Source: Paludibacteraceae bacterium
GTDB taxonomy: Bacteria > Bacteroidota > Bacteroidia > Bacteroidales > Paludibacteraceae
Assembly (NCBI GenBank): GCA_017384225.1
Contig: JAFNUD010000033.1
Location: 7,708 to 71,707 of the forward strand
Direction: 5' to 3'
Length of the DNA: 64,000 nt
Below the pieces are notes generated by a model. That model had not been told where the DNA came from. It did not search any database and saw nothing but the letters and a program-made list of their open reading frames with translations. Below, piece after piece: positions 9,814-19,381 of this stretch. The first letter of the stretch is position 1; every line of letters starts with the position of its first letter. The translations under genes and the position numbers were made by a program.

Positions 9814-9845
9814 TTTGGATTATTCAAAAAAAAGCACTATCTTTG
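9814..9845 (+). promoter_or_regulatory. promoter for the AraC-family gene
   Basis: -33 TTTG (9814-9817), 20-nt spacer, -7 TATCTTTG (9838-9845). It ends 23 nt before the ATG at 9869. Confidence 0.7.
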
Positions 9846-9868
9846 CAGCCAAAATAAAACCTTTTGTT

Positions 9869-10711
9869 ATGAAAGATGATAAAATACCATTGATAGACTG
9901 CCCTATAGATTATATTTTTGGCGAAGCAAGTGGCAAAGTGCTAAACGAATATGGAAGATTCCCCTGTCAGATACAATGTGCCGTGTATGCATTTATGAAA
10001 AAAGGTTCTGCACGCGCCACACTGAATATCACGCAGTACGACTTTAAGGAAAATGATTTGATTTATGTCAAGCCTGGCAGTTTCCTCTTTGTACAAGAAT
10101 GTAGCGAAGATGCTCAATTGAATTACATCGTTTTTTCATCATCTTTTGTTGATAAAAACGCCTATGGCATACGTCGTCTGTCATTCCCTTCGCAGATATA
10201 TCAGCCAATAGTAAAACTCACCCCCGAACAAGCAGAAGTAATCGTGCAATTTACGTGTCTGTTGGAAACAGCTATTAATTCTACTCCAACAATGATTTCT
10301 ACCGACCGTATGGTGCATATTTTTAATCTAATTCAGCAAACCTACTTTGAATTAGCAACTTCTTCTGAAAGTGCAAAGTTGCAACCTCAAGATCGCAAGA
10401 CGGAGATATATCAAGAATATAATAATCTAGTATTGCAGCACTATCACGAGTGGCATCAAGTGGCTTCCTATGCTGATGCAATGCATATCACCGTACCTCA
10501 TCTTTGCTCTACAATCAAAGCCGCCAGTGGGCATACTGCCAGCGATATTATAGCGGATGCGATTTTAATGGATGCCAAGGCTCAATTGAAAGTAACTACT
10601 ATGCCTATCAAAGAGATAGCTATGCGTTTAGGCTTTGAGAACGTAGCGTTTTTCAATCGATTTTTCAAAAGCCACGTGGGCGTGACACCGCGTGCCTACA
10701 GAAATGATTAG
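9869..10711 (+). CDS. AraC family transcriptional regulator
   Basis: C-terminal AraC HTH: ...IKEIAMRLGFENVAFFNRFFKSHVGVTPRAYR. The track start at 9815 lies upstream of the TATCTTTG -7 box (9838-9845), so I chose the ATG at 9869 (MKDDKIP...). Confidence 0.85.
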   Translation: MKDDKIPLIDCPIDYIFGEASGKVLNEYGRFPCQIQCAVYAFMKKGSARATLNITQYDFKENDLIYVKPGSFLFVQECSEDAQLNYIVFSSSFVDKNAYGIRRLSFPSQIYQPIVKLTPEQAEVIVQFTCLLETAINSTPTMISTDRMVHIFNLIQQTYFELATSSESAKLQPQDRKTEIYQEYNNLVLQHYHEWHQVASYADAMHITVPHLCSTIKAASGHTASDIIADAILMDAKAQLKVTTMPIKEIAMRLGFENVAFFNRFFKSHVGVTPRAYRND

Positions 10712-10733
10712 GAGAACACTCTCAACGAAAAGA

Positions 10734-13142
10734 TTACAGCCCTAACCAAAAGCGGAAACGAACTCCCCACCATGGCGTATGTGGATTGTGTATGTCCGTA
10801 AGACGGAATACGCCATATACTTCAGCTACGCGCAAGATATTTCCAATACCTACACCCAACTCCACATATGGTTTTGTGGGGGCAGATAAGAGGGGATAAT
10901 CGTTGGCTTGATTTTTTCCAAAAAGACTACTTGTAGGAAAAGGAATAACCGATTGATGGTTATTTCGCATGCCTCCATATGCCACTTTTACTTCCAGCAA
11001 CTCGTGTAATCGTAGGTAGCGAAGTCCTGGAATACTATTAAACACGACACCTCTACCATTCCACGATGCTTGCAACGATATGTACTGATCTGCCGCATAT
11101 TGGTAGGTGTTCATTAGCGTGAATCGATGGGCATCAAACGCATAGGTTTGGTTAGCAGCAAAGATGTGGAGCAAAGGATAAGGTACACGTCCGAAGATAA
11201 GACCTGCTTGCAAGAGATAATCCAAATAGCCTGCCATACCAAGATTCAGTTTGTGCCTAATCATCAGTTGCAGGTTACCATACATGCGATAAGATAGCAT
11301 ATCCTGTGTTTGATAGCTACCTAATTCAGCTCCTAAATAGACGACTGGCAGATGGTTATAAATATGCCTACGATGGAAGTAAGAGTCCACTTTACGCTCG
11401 TTAAAACTGATGCGTACAGACGTCCCAAAAGTAGCATAAGCAAATGAGGGCTGTGCATGATAATTGGTAGTAGGCATGCCATATCCTAATCGTCCGATTT
11501 TGAGGTATGATTGTGTTTCAAGGTACTTGTTCCAATCATTTTCGAAGTGTATTTTCCCTTCTCTTCTTCTTGCCATCGTATTAAAATAATAATTTTGATT
11601 GGATGGCAAGACCTGCATCAATCGGGTAAGGATATTGATCTGTGGACTGAGCACATTGTTTTCTCGTAGATACAGTTGAAAATCACTCACATCAGATAGC
11701 ACATATTCATCGCTATATCGCATACGAAGGATATGTCTTCGCTGCGCTGGTAAAGCGATATTGACTTGCCCCATGCCTTTCCAAGCTCGGTCCCCTGTGC
11801 TGTGGGCAACAAAGACTTCAAGGGAAACTTGCTCCCATAACTCAGCTGTGGTTCGGAGTGGAATACCTAGGCGCAATCCTTCTGCATAGTTATATCGCAA
11901 CAGATGGTGTATTTTGCCTACTTCTACGTATTTGTTGGTAGGTATGCATCCTGTTTGCAACACATATGCCAAGAATTTAGCTGTCTTAAAAAGAGGTGTA
12001 TTGCTTACACTATCCATGGCAGAGGCAATTACATTAGCTCTCTGTTCATGCTCTCTTACTAGTTCGTGGTTTTGCGTCTTCGCCTCATCGTCTAACTGCG
12101 TATTGCGAGTAAGCAGGAGAGTTGGAAAGATGCGCGACGTGTCGGCCTTGATTGCAAAGTCAAGCAACAAAGACATATTCTCCTGTTGCAATTGATTATC
12201 GGCATCAAATTGCTGTTGAATAGTCAGTTGGCGCAGAAAATTGATGTTGGATTTTGCAGGGATAGTGGCACGCATACTACGCAAAGCATAGGTAGCCGAA
12301 TCAATAAGCATCTCCCCATTAAAAGTAGGATAGAATACATTTTTGGAACGAAAATGAACCAAATAATGTTTCTCTTTATCAGTCAAAACACTATCAGCGA
12401 GATAATAATTGTAATACGTATTACCCGACGCTGCCAAAGGACTAAGCAATGAAGCAGAGAGTATATTGACATTATTATCATAGAAATTGCAATAGGATTG
12501 CAGTTGGTTGAGCAAGACTTGATAATCCGTTAGAGTAAGTAAAGTAGCTTTTTCCTCTATTTGATCTGCATATTGCTGACGCCAATAGAGTGGTATGAGG
12601 AAGGTAGAGTCCTCTTGTTGCAACATTCCTGCCTGAAGACTTTTCCATAGGTTGCGTTGCAGGTGGTTGGATTGAATATCCGATACATACAATGCGGTTA
12701 ACGTATTCGCTTGATCTAAATTGACTACTCGTTCGTTATTTTGCTTGTGGCGTCGTACATTATCCATCAATGGTAATGCAGGATTGGCTCCTGGATAGAC
12801 AAACACATCGCCAAGATTGCCCACCTTCTCTTTGAGTGCCACATCAATGCCCACTTGTTGTCCTGCCTCAATGCGAACACGTTCGGTATTATACCCTACG
12901 GCTGATACCACCATAGTTCGCTGGCGATCAATGTATCCACGCAATAGGAACATACCCTCTGCATTGCTCATTGTGCCAATAGTAGTACCTTGTATATAGA
13001 TGTTTACATTCGGCAAAGCTTCTCCCGTATAAGCATCATAGACATCTCCCACAACAATGGTTTCTTGTGATCCATAGTCTATTGCCCATAGTCTAGAGAG
13101 CAATATACATAGTCCTAATAGTATGAATACCAGTTTTTTCAT
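10734..13142 (-). CDS. CarboxypepD_reg-like plus DUF5686-type large outer-membrane-associated protein
   Basis: 802 aa with a signal peptide. N-terminal carboxypeptidase-regulatory-like fold signature VVGDVYDAYTGEALPNVNIYIQGTTIGTMSNAEGMFLL. The long C-terminal region ends in an aromatic-rich segment ...WWGVRFRFWLGL. The ATG overlaps the xerD stop (ATGA). Confidence 0.75.
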   Translation of the reverse strand: MKKLVFILLGLCILLSRLWAIDYGSQETIVVGDVYDAYTGEALPNVNIYIQGTTIGTMSNAEGMFLLRGYIDRQRTMVVSAVGYNTERVRIEAGQQVGIDVALKEKVGNLGDVFVYPGANPALPLMDNVRRHKQNNERVVNLDQANTLTALYVSDIQSNHLQRNLWKSLQAGMLQQEDSTFLIPLYWRQQYADQIEEKATLLTLTDYQVLLNQLQSYCNFYDNNVNILSASLLSPLAASGNTYYNYYLADSVLTDKEKHYLVHFRSKNVFYPTFNGEMLIDSATYALRSMRATIPAKSNINFLRQLTIQQQFDADNQLQQENMSLLLDFAIKADTSRIFPTLLLTRNTQLDDEAKTQNHELVREHEQRANVIASAMDSVSNTPLFKTAKFLAYVLQTGCIPTNKYVEVGKIHHLLRYNYAEGLRLGIPLRTTAELWEQVSLEVFVAHSTGDRAWKGMGQVNIALPAQRRHILRMRYSDEYVLSDVSDFQLYLRENNVLSPQINILTRLMQVLPSNQNYYFNTMARRREGKIHFENDWNKYLETQSYLKIGRLGYGMPTTNYHAQPSFAYATFGTSVRISFNERKVDSYFHRRHIYNHLPVVYLGAELGSYQTQDMLSYRMYGNLQLMIRHKLNLGMAGYLDYLLQAGLIFGRVPYPLLHIFAANQTYAFDAHRFTLMNTYQYAADQYISLQASWNGRGVVFNSIPGLRYLRLHELLEVKVAYGGMRNNHQSVIPFPTSSLFGKNQANDYPLLSAPTKPYVELGVGIGNILRVAEVYGVFRLTDIHNPHTPWWGVRFRFWLGL

Positions 13143-14020
13143 TGATTTTCAGGATGATATTTGAGAATAGCCTCTCTTAGGTCTTGGATATTGATATGGG
13201 TATAAATCTCGGTTGTTACGATGGATTCGTGTCCAAGCAATTGTTGTATGATACGTAGGTCAGCCCCATTTTGCAACAAGTGTGTGGCAAAGGAATGTCG
13301 CAGCGTATGTGGTGAGATTGTTTTGCGAATGCCAGCCGCTTGCGCGAGTCGCTTAACGATAGTAAAAATCATAGCTCGAGTGAGTTGTCGTCCGTAATGA
13401 TTAAGAAAAGCGATGTCGGTATATTCTGGTTTGATATCCAGTTTAGAGCGATCGTCAAGCCAATAGGCTAATTGCTTATCCGCTTCTGGTGAGATTGGTA
13501 CGAGTCGTTGCTTGTTGCCTTTGCCTATAATACGCATATACCCCTCTGTACGATAAATATTACTCAATCGAAGTTCAGTCAGCTCGCTTACGCGCAGACC
13601 GCTTCCGTATAACATTTCTATGATGGCTTTATTACGGTGCCCTTCGGGCTTTGACATGTCAATCTGCGCAACCATTGCATCGATTTCCTCCAGCGTGAGT
13701 ACTTGTGGCAAATGCTTTTCGACACGTGGCATCTCTAACAATTCCGACGGATCTTGCTCAATATAATGGTGATAAAGCAGAAAGCGATAGAAAGCGTGAA
13801 TGCTGGATAGCAAACGTGCTTGTGTTTTCGCACTTTTGATGTCCTTAAATGTTTCGAAAACAAAAGCTTGCAAATCATCGAATGTGGCACGCACTACATC
13901 TATATGGTGTTCCTCCATATAGGTCTGCAGGCGTTTGAAATCTAATTCGTATGCCGTTACGGAATTTTGGCTCAATCCACGCTCTAATTTTAGATAAGTA
14001 TGATATTCGCGTTCAATCAT
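13139..14020 (-). CDS. xerD: site-specific tyrosine recombinase XerD
   Basis: Catalytic region ...LRVSEL..., HTLRHSFATHLLQNGADLRIIQQLLGHESIVTTEIYTH (R-H-R-Y signature). The track start at 14050 is a GTG. The ATG at 14020 (MIEREYHTYLKLERGLSQNSVTAY...) gives a canonical XerD N-terminus. Confidence 0.85.
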   Translation of the reverse strand: MIEREYHTYLKLERGLSQNSVTAYELDFKRLQTYMEEHHIDVVRATFDDLQAFVFETFKDIKSAKTQARLLSSIHAFYRFLLYHHYIEQDPSELLEMPRVEKHLPQVLTLEEIDAMVAQIDMSKPEGHRNKAIIEMLYGSGLRVSELTELRLSNIYRTEGYMRIIGKGNKQRLVPISPEADKQLAYWLDDRSKLDIKPEYTDIAFLNHYGRQLTRAMIFTIVKRLAQAAGIRKTISPHTLRHSFATHLLQNGADLRIIQQLLGHESIVTTEIYTHINIQDLREAILKYHPENQ

Positions 14021-14561
14021 TTGCAAAAGCAGGACCTTGGTAGATGGCACGATAGCGGATAGAATCAGCAGTATAGAGCATCATGTCCAAACGTATATCC
14101 TTCTCACTGAGATAAGTAACGCGCATCTCTCCCGAGGTGAATCCAATAATACGATTTATATTATTATTTTGTATCTCAAGCAAGTAGCTCCCCGTAACAT
14201 TGCCATCAAAGTCCTTGTAAGGCAAGAAAGTATAAGCCTCAGAGGTAGTAGCCATATGATAGACGCCTGCTTGTAAACAAGTATCTGTAAGAGGTAGAAA
14301 CACATCGGATAGATAGAGGTTATAGCCCGTTCCTACAATATAGTTTGCGGAGTCGAGCGATAGTCCCTGACCAAAGAGGTCAATGGAGAAGACCTGACGA
14401 TCCAACAACGGATAGTATTGCCCATGCCATTGGATATCGGCTGTTGTATATATACTATCGTATCCTACCAATATACCGTCAATAGTAGGGTCGTCGGACT
14501 GAGAAGGATGACAAGCGTAAAGCAGCACCAAAAGGGGTAATATCAATATATATGTACGCAT
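14013..14561 (-). CDS. hypothetical lipoprotein
   Basis: 182 aa. ATG start. Lipobox LLYAC-H. Packed in-operon between the permease gene and xerD. I recognised no family. Confidence 0.55.
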   Translation of the reverse strand: MRTYILILPLLVLLYACHPSQSDDPTIDGILVGYDSIYTTADIQWHGQYYPLLDRQVFSIDLFGQGLSLDSANYIVGTGYNLYLSDVFLPLTDTCLQAGVYHMATTSEAYTFLPYKDFDGNVTGSYLLEIQNNNINRIIGFTSGEMRVTYLSEKDIRLDMMLYTADSIRYRAIYQGPAFAND

Positions 14562-14562
14562 C

Positions 14563-15780
14563 TTATTTAATTATTTTTATTCTATTCGCAGGTATCCATG
14601 CCGCCAAAAATCCCAATAAGAGCACAATAGCGGCTACAATCAAGATATCTGGCAGTTGTACAGTGACGGGGTATGCCGAAACGATGTAGTCCATACCGTT
14701 GCCCATCTTGAGGAGTCCACAATGCTCTTGCAGGAGGCATACAGATAGTCCCACCACAAGTCCAATGCTTGCTCCTAAGACAGAAATCATCCATCCCTCA
14801 AATAGGAATATGCGGCGAATCATCTGCTCATTGGCTCCCAAGTGGCTTAATGTGTATATATCCGCCTGTTTGTCAATGATTAGCATGGATAGTGAACCAA
14901 TGATATTGAATGATGCAATAAGCAAGATAAATATCAACAATAGCGTCGTTAGCAGTTTTTCTACGCGTAAGATACGAAAAAAGTCGGCTTGCTGTTCGTA
15001 TCGGTCAAGTACAACATACTGACTACCCAAGATACGCTGTATATCTCTTTTTGCATGTTTGATCGAAGCATTGGGGGTTAATTTGACGAGCAATGCAGTG
15101 ACTTCATTCGTATCGTAATCTAATAATCGCCGAGTGAGATTGATATCCACTAACATCACTTCGTCATCGTACTTAGCTTGTTGCACAGCAAAAGTACCTG
15201 CGATATAGCATACTTCGTCGTTAAAAGCTTGGTCAGGTCGTAGCATATTGACTTTTACCAATCGTTTAGGGGCATATAATTGTAGTGGTCGTATAAAACG
15301 TGCGCCGATCCCCATTTGCCACGCCAACCCTCTGCCAAGTACAGCTCGATCAAAAGCACCGTCATATGTTAGATATTCGCCATCGGTAATGATATCCTGA
15401 ATATTAGTCAATTGTGGAAAAAGCGAATCCACACCATACAGACGAACAGGCATCTGCTTACCTTCAAACTGCAAAAGAGCTGTTTCTTCTACCGTTTGGC
15501 TCAAGATAGCCACTTCAGGTAGCGTGTAGAGAGCATTGAGTTGGTTAGAGCTTGTAAGAAACGATTTGCCCGTAGTAGAAACAATACGCAAATCTGGATC
15601 AAACTGTGAGAACATCTGCTCTACCATACTGCCAAAACCATTCATCACGCTCATGACGCATATCATTGCAGCTGTCACAACGCCAACAGCAGCAGCACTA
15701 ATGCCACTGATGATATGAATGGCGTTGTACTGCTTTTTGGCAAACAAGTATCGCCAGGCTATTTTGAATTCAGTTTTCAC
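14563..15780 (-). CDS. FtsX-like ABC transporter permease (LolC/E family)
   Basis: 405 aa. N-terminal ...IAWRYLFAKK... followed by a TM segment, a large periplasmic loop and three C-terminal TM segments (FtsX domain). The GTG start overlaps the rbfA stop (GTGA). Confidence 0.8.
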   Translation of the reverse strand: MKTEFKIAWRYLFAKKQYNAIHIISGISAAAVGVVTAAMICVMSVMNGFGSMVEQMFSQFDPDLRIVSTTGKSFLTSSNQLNALYTLPEVAILSQTVEETALLQFEGKQMPVRLYGVDSLFPQLTNIQDIITDGEYLTYDGAFDRAVLGRGLAWQMGIGARFIRPLQLYAPKRLVKVNMLRPDQAFNDEVCYIAGTFAVQQAKYDDEVMLVDINLTRRLLDYDTNEVTALLVKLTPNASIKHAKRDIQRILGSQYVVLDRYEQQADFFRILRVEKLLTTLLLIFILLIASFNIIGSLSMLIIDKQADIYTLSHLGANEQMIRRIFLFEGWMISVLGASIGLVVGLSVCLLQEHCGLLKMGNGMDYIVSAYPVTVQLPDILIVAAIVLLLGFLAAWIPANRIKIIK

Positions 15781-16112
15781 TGCTTGAGCAGTTCGTCAAT
15801 GCGTTCCATCTTTTCGATGGTTTCATCGAGATGAAAATGAAGCTCTGGTATGAGACGCAATTGGTGTCTCTCTAATCGTCCAAGTTCGCCACGCAATTTA
15901 GCCGTATCCTCTTGCACTTGCATGATGGTGCTTGCTACTTTATCTTGTGGGAAAACGCTGAGATAGACATGGGCTATACTCAAATCAGGCGAGATACGAA
16001 CCTCGCTCACAGATATGAGCGTCCCGCGCATTGCGCGCGCGTACCTCAAAAGAATGTCGCTCAAATCTTTTTGGATAAGGCGTTCTATTTTCTGTTGTCT
16101 TGTTGATTCCAT
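15777..16112 (-). CDS. rbfA: ribosome-binding factor A
   Basis: MESTRQQKIERLIQKDLSDIL...ISVSEVRISPDLSIAHVYLSVF... is a typical RbfA. The track start at 16139 is a GTG; I prefer the ATG at 16112. Confidence 0.9.
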   Translation of the reverse strand: MESTRQQKIERLIQKDLSDILLRYARAMRGTLISVSEVRISPDLSIAHVYLSVFPQDKVASTIMQVQEDTAKLRGELGRLERHQLRLIPELHFHLDETIEKMERIDELLKQ

Positions 16113-16143
16113 AATAATTAATTTAAGCTTATCAAACACAATA

Positions 16144-16198
16144 AGGGAAAAGAGCAGCTCTTTTCCCTATGCTTGTGCCTTAGGGAAAAGCCCTAAGG
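16144..16198 (-). terminator. two tandem hairpins downstream of rpmH
   Basis: Hairpin 1: agggaaaagagc / gctcttttccct (16144-16168). Hairpin 2: ccttaggg / ccctaagg (16178-16198). Both lie between the rpmH stop (16214) and the rbfA start. On the minus strand, hairpin 1 is followed by TATTGTGTTT. Confidence 0.55.
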
Positions 16199-16213
16199 TA
16201 GTCTAATCTTTGA

Positions 16214-16372
16214 TTAGCGTTTGTGGCGACCTTCGTCTGCTACAGTCAATTTCTTGCGACCATGTGCACGGCGAGCTGCCAAAACACGACGACCATTTGC
16301 GGTAGCCATGCGAGCGCGGAATCCGTGTTTGTTGCGACGACGGCGTTGGCTAGGTTGGAATGTACGTTTCAT
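16214..16372 (-). CDS. rpmH: 50S ribosomal protein L34
   Basis: Below the ORF-track size cut-off. Reverse complement reads [52 protein letters not shown]. It has a canonical promoter upstream and two hairpins downstream. Confidence 0.95.
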   Translation of the reverse strand: MKRTFQPSQRRRRNKHGFRARMATANGRRVLAARRAHGRKKLTVADEGRHKR

Positions 16373-16435
16373 TTCTTATGTTGTTTTATGCCCAACTCGT
16401 GGGCTCGGTTAATAAATTTCGTGCAAAAGAGCGTG

Positions 16436-16467
16436 CAAAGGTACAACAAAAAATGCATATGGGCAAA
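16436..16467 (-). promoter_or_regulatory. promoter for rpmH
   Basis: Minus strand: -33 TTTG (16467-16464), 20-nt spacer, -7 TACCTTTG (16443-16436). It lies 63 nt upstream of the rpmH ATG. Confidence 0.7.
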
Positions 16468-16569
16468 TTTTTTCAGAAAAAAATGCATTTTTGCGCAAAA
16501 AAAGTATCATATCAGATCAATTTGGTTGGTATGAGTGATTGGTAGCGTAAGAAAAAACAAATTATTTTC

Positions 16570-16600
16570 TTGCATGTATGCATTTTTTTTTGTAACTTTG
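16570..16600 (+). promoter_or_regulatory. promoter for ddl
   Basis: -33 TTGC (16570-16573), 19-nt spacer, -7 TAACTTTG (16593-16600). It ends 26 nt before the ATG at 16627. Confidence 0.7.
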
Positions 16601-16626
16601 CAGCCTATTTGGATAAATGTGTAAAA

Positions 16627-17619
16627 ATGAAACGAAAAATAGCAATTGTAGCAGGCGGATATAGTTCAGAATACGAAGTTTCGCTTCGTAGTGCAGCTGG
16701 TATAAAATCCTTTTTAAATCACGATCTATACGATGTGACCATCGTATGTATTCGTCAAGACGCCTGGCAAGCACAAGTGGCAGAGGATCAGTGGGTGGAT
16801 ATAGATAAGAATGATTTCTCTTTCACGTACAACAATAGTAAAACGCAATTTGACTTTGCCTATATTACTATTCATGGCACTCCTGGCGAAAATGGAGTCT
16901 TGCAAGGGTATTTTGACATGCTGCATCTGCCTTATTCGTGTTGTGGCGTCCTGGCAGCAGCTATCACTTTTAATAAATTCGCATGCAATCATTATTTGAA
17001 AGGGTTTGGTGTGCGTGTGGCAGATAGCATATTGCTTCGCAGAAACGATTTACAACAATTAGGCAATGAAGCAATAACCCAACAGATACTTGACCAAGTA
17101 GGGTTGCCATGTTTTATAAAGACAAATGCGGGTGGTTCGTCGTTTGGCGTGACAAAGGTGAAAACCAGCTCCGATATCGTACCTGCTATAGAGAATGCAT
17201 TGGCAGAGGGCGACGAAGTGATATGCGAAGCATTTATGAAAGGCGTAGAAATCACATGTGGAGCTTACAAGGTAGCAAACAAGGCGGTGGTTTTTCCGAT
17301 TACAGAAGTGGTGACAAGTAACGAATTCTTTGATTATGACGCAAAGTACAATGGTCAAGTGGATGAGATCACTCCCGCTCGTATTCCTGATGAAGTGCGA
17401 GATAAAGTGCAGGCATTGACCTTGAGGATTTATGATATTTTGGGTTGCAAAGGTATTATTCGAATTGACTATATTCTCACGGAGGGTTGGGAAATCAACC
17501 TGCTGGAAGTAAATACCACACCAGGCATGACAGCCACCTCTTTTATTCCACAACAAGTACGTGCAGCTGGTCTCAATATAGGAGAGGTATTGAGCGAAAT
17601 TATAGAGGATGCCTTATAA
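16627..17619 (+). CDS. ddl: D-alanine--D-alanine ligase
   Basis: MKRKIAIVAGGYSSEYEVSLRSA... with a C-terminal ATP-grasp ...LLEVNTTPGMT.... The track start at 16570 precedes the TAACTTTG -7 box (16593-16600), so I chose the ATG at 16627. Confidence 0.93.
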   Translation: MKRKIAIVAGGYSSEYEVSLRSAAGIKSFLNHDLYDVTIVCIRQDAWQAQVAEDQWVDIDKNDFSFTYNNSKTQFDFAYITIHGTPGENGVLQGYFDMLHLPYSCCGVLAAAITFNKFACNHYLKGFGVRVADSILLRRNDLQQLGNEAITQQILDQVGLPCFIKTNAGGSSFGVTKVKTSSDIVPAIENALAEGDEVICEAFMKGVEITCGAYKVANKAVVFPITEVVTSNEFFDYDAKYNGQVDEITPARIPDEVRDKVQALTLRIYDILGCKGIIRIDYILTEGWEINLLEVNTTPGMTATSFIPQQVRAAGLNIGEVLSEIIEDAL

Positions 17620-18589
17620 ACTTATCAAAATTAGGGATATGGATGTAAATCAAGAAATATTAAAATTAGATTGGAAACGTCAGCCTTATGGTTTGTATGC
17701 GCCTATTGAATACACACTATCGGCAGGCGGTAAGCGTGTGCGTCCCCAATTGGCAATGATAGCCTGTCAACTATTTGAGGGAAAAGAAGAAGAGGTGTTG
17801 CCAGCAGCATTAGCATTAGAAGTCTTCCATAATTTCACACTACTGCACGATGATGTGATGGACAAAGCAGAGATACGTCGCGGTCGTCCGACAGTACATG
17901 TAAAGTGGGATGAGAATACGGCTATTTTGTCGGGAGACCAGATGATGATTGAAGCCTACAAATTGTTGGCACAATTGCCTGACACAAAATTGCCAACAGC
18001 CTTGCGTATGTTTAACCGTATGGCAACAGAAATTTGCGAGGGGCAGCAATGGGATGTGGATTTTGAGAGTCAAGACGATGTTTCAATTGAAGCTTACTTG
18101 GAGATGATTCGTCTTAAAACATCCGTACTTTTAGCAACAGCCTTGCAGATAGGTGCTTATATTGCTGGAGCCAATCAATCAGAGCAAGAAACTATTTATC
18201 AGTTTGGTATTCATATTGGATTGGCATTTCAGATTCAAGATGACATTTTAGATGTATGGGGAGATCCTTTGACTTTTGGTAAATCAGTAGGAGGGGATAT
18301 CGCTTGCAATAAAAAGACATTTGTATATCTAACCGCATTGAATTTATTGGATAAAGAGGGACTAAAGCATGAGTTAAAGCACTGGTTTGGTCAAACGCTG
18401 GAGAATAATGCAGAAAAAATAGCCGCTGTAAAAACCATATATGACCAAATAGGTGTACGTAAAGCGTGCGAAAGAGTTGTAGAACAATACACGCAAAAAG
18501 CATTGCTATTGCTTAAGGAGCTTCCGCAAAACAACGCCACTCTTCAATTACGCCAATTAGCAGATCAACTAAATACAAGAAATTCTTAA
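17609..18589 (+). CDS. polyprenyl synthetase, short-chain type (FPP/GGPP synthase-like)
   Basis: FARM motif LLHDDVMD and second Asp-rich motif IQDDILD. An aromatic F lies five residues before the first DD (HNFTLLHDD), which by the known chain-length rule suggests a short product (inference). The ATG at 17609 overlaps the ddl end; an alternative ATG lies at 17639. Confidence 0.85.
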   Translation: MPYKLIKIRDMDVNQEILKLDWKRQPYGLYAPIEYTLSAGGKRVRPQLAMIACQLFEGKEEEVLPAALALEVFHNFTLLHDDVMDKAEIRRGRPTVHVKWDENTAILSGDQMMIEAYKLLAQLPDTKLPTALRMFNRMATEICEGQQWDVDFESQDDVSIEAYLEMIRLKTSVLLATALQIGAYIAGANQSEQETIYQFGIHIGLAFQIQDDILDVWGDPLTFGKSVGGDIACNKKTFVYLTALNLLDKEGLKHELKHWFGQTLENNAEKIAAVKTIYDQIGVRKACERVVEQYTQKALLLLKELPQNNATLQLRQLADQLNTRNS

Positions 18590-18610
18590 CTTATAATTCC
18601 TAATTACTAT

Positions 18611-19381
18611 ATGCCTTATCGTCGATTACCGAAAACAGACCAAGCACGCCTTCGTGCCTTGCAGCAAGCAGTTAGACAAGCAGGAGAAGCTGCCTTTAAT
18701 CAGCAAGCTATCAATTATAAGACGCTTACAGAGGCTAAGCGACTCTTGGTATTATTCGAAAATCAAGTAGCGCAATATCATGCAAATGTGGATACAAAAG
18801 TATCGGACAATAAGCAGTACCGCCATAAGGTACGCAATGCCCGTATGTATATCTCGCATTTCATTCAAGTGCTCAACTTGGCTGCTATACGAGGAGAGAT
18901 AAAGAAGGGGCAAAAAGAATTGTACCACTTGCACCCAAACAACCACACGTTGCCCGATTTGAGTACAGAAGAAAACTTGCTAAAATGGGGAAAAAACATC
19001 ATTGAAGGTGAGCAAGCTCGTATTAGTCAAGGTGGTTTTCCAATTTATAACCCTGCCATCAATAAGGTGCAAGTACATTACGATATTTTCCGTGAACATT
19101 ATAACACGCATGTAGTGCATAAGAAAACGCATAGTCGCGTGTATGAGAACGTAGAGACTATGCGTAAGCAGATTGATGCGTTGATTTTGGATATGTGGGA
19201 TCAAGTTGAGGCATTTTATAAAGACGAGTTGCCTTTTGCCAAACTAACCAAATGCCAATCTTACGGCATGATTTATTACTACCGAACGGGTGAAGCTCCA
19301 CTATCGTTGCAAACCGACGAACAGATTATCAAGGAGCGTGCGCAGCAAACTACACTTGAATGGTCTGAGAAGGAAGTATAA
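18611..19381 (+). CDS. hypothetical protein (basic, helical; no recognisable domain)
   Basis: 256-aa ORF with an ATG start 21 nt after the polyprenyl synthase stop. MPYRRLPKTDQARLRALQQAV.... No signal peptide and no motif I can name. Confidence 0.6.
   Translation: MPYRRLPKTDQARLRALQQAVRQAGEAAFNQQAINYKTLTEAKRLLVLFENQVAQYHANVDTKVSDNKQYRHKVRNARMYISHFIQVLNLAAIRGEIKKGQKELYHLHPNNHTLPDLSTEENLLKWGKNIIEGEQARISQGGFPIYNPAINKVQVHYDIFREHYNTHVVHKKTHSRVYENVETMRKQIDALILDMWDQVEAFYKDELPFAKLTKCQSYGMIYYYRTGEAPLSLQTDEQIIKERAQQTTLEWSEKEV

Noticed and set aside
13139-14050. Tyrosine recombinase as a marker of an integrative or mobile element.
   Set aside because: The sequence is a canonical XerD. It is embedded in a tightly coupled housekeeping operon (rbfA, permease, lipoprotein, xerD, DUF5686 with ATGA/GTGA overlaps). 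There is no flanking tRNA, att-like repeat, excisionase or cargo.
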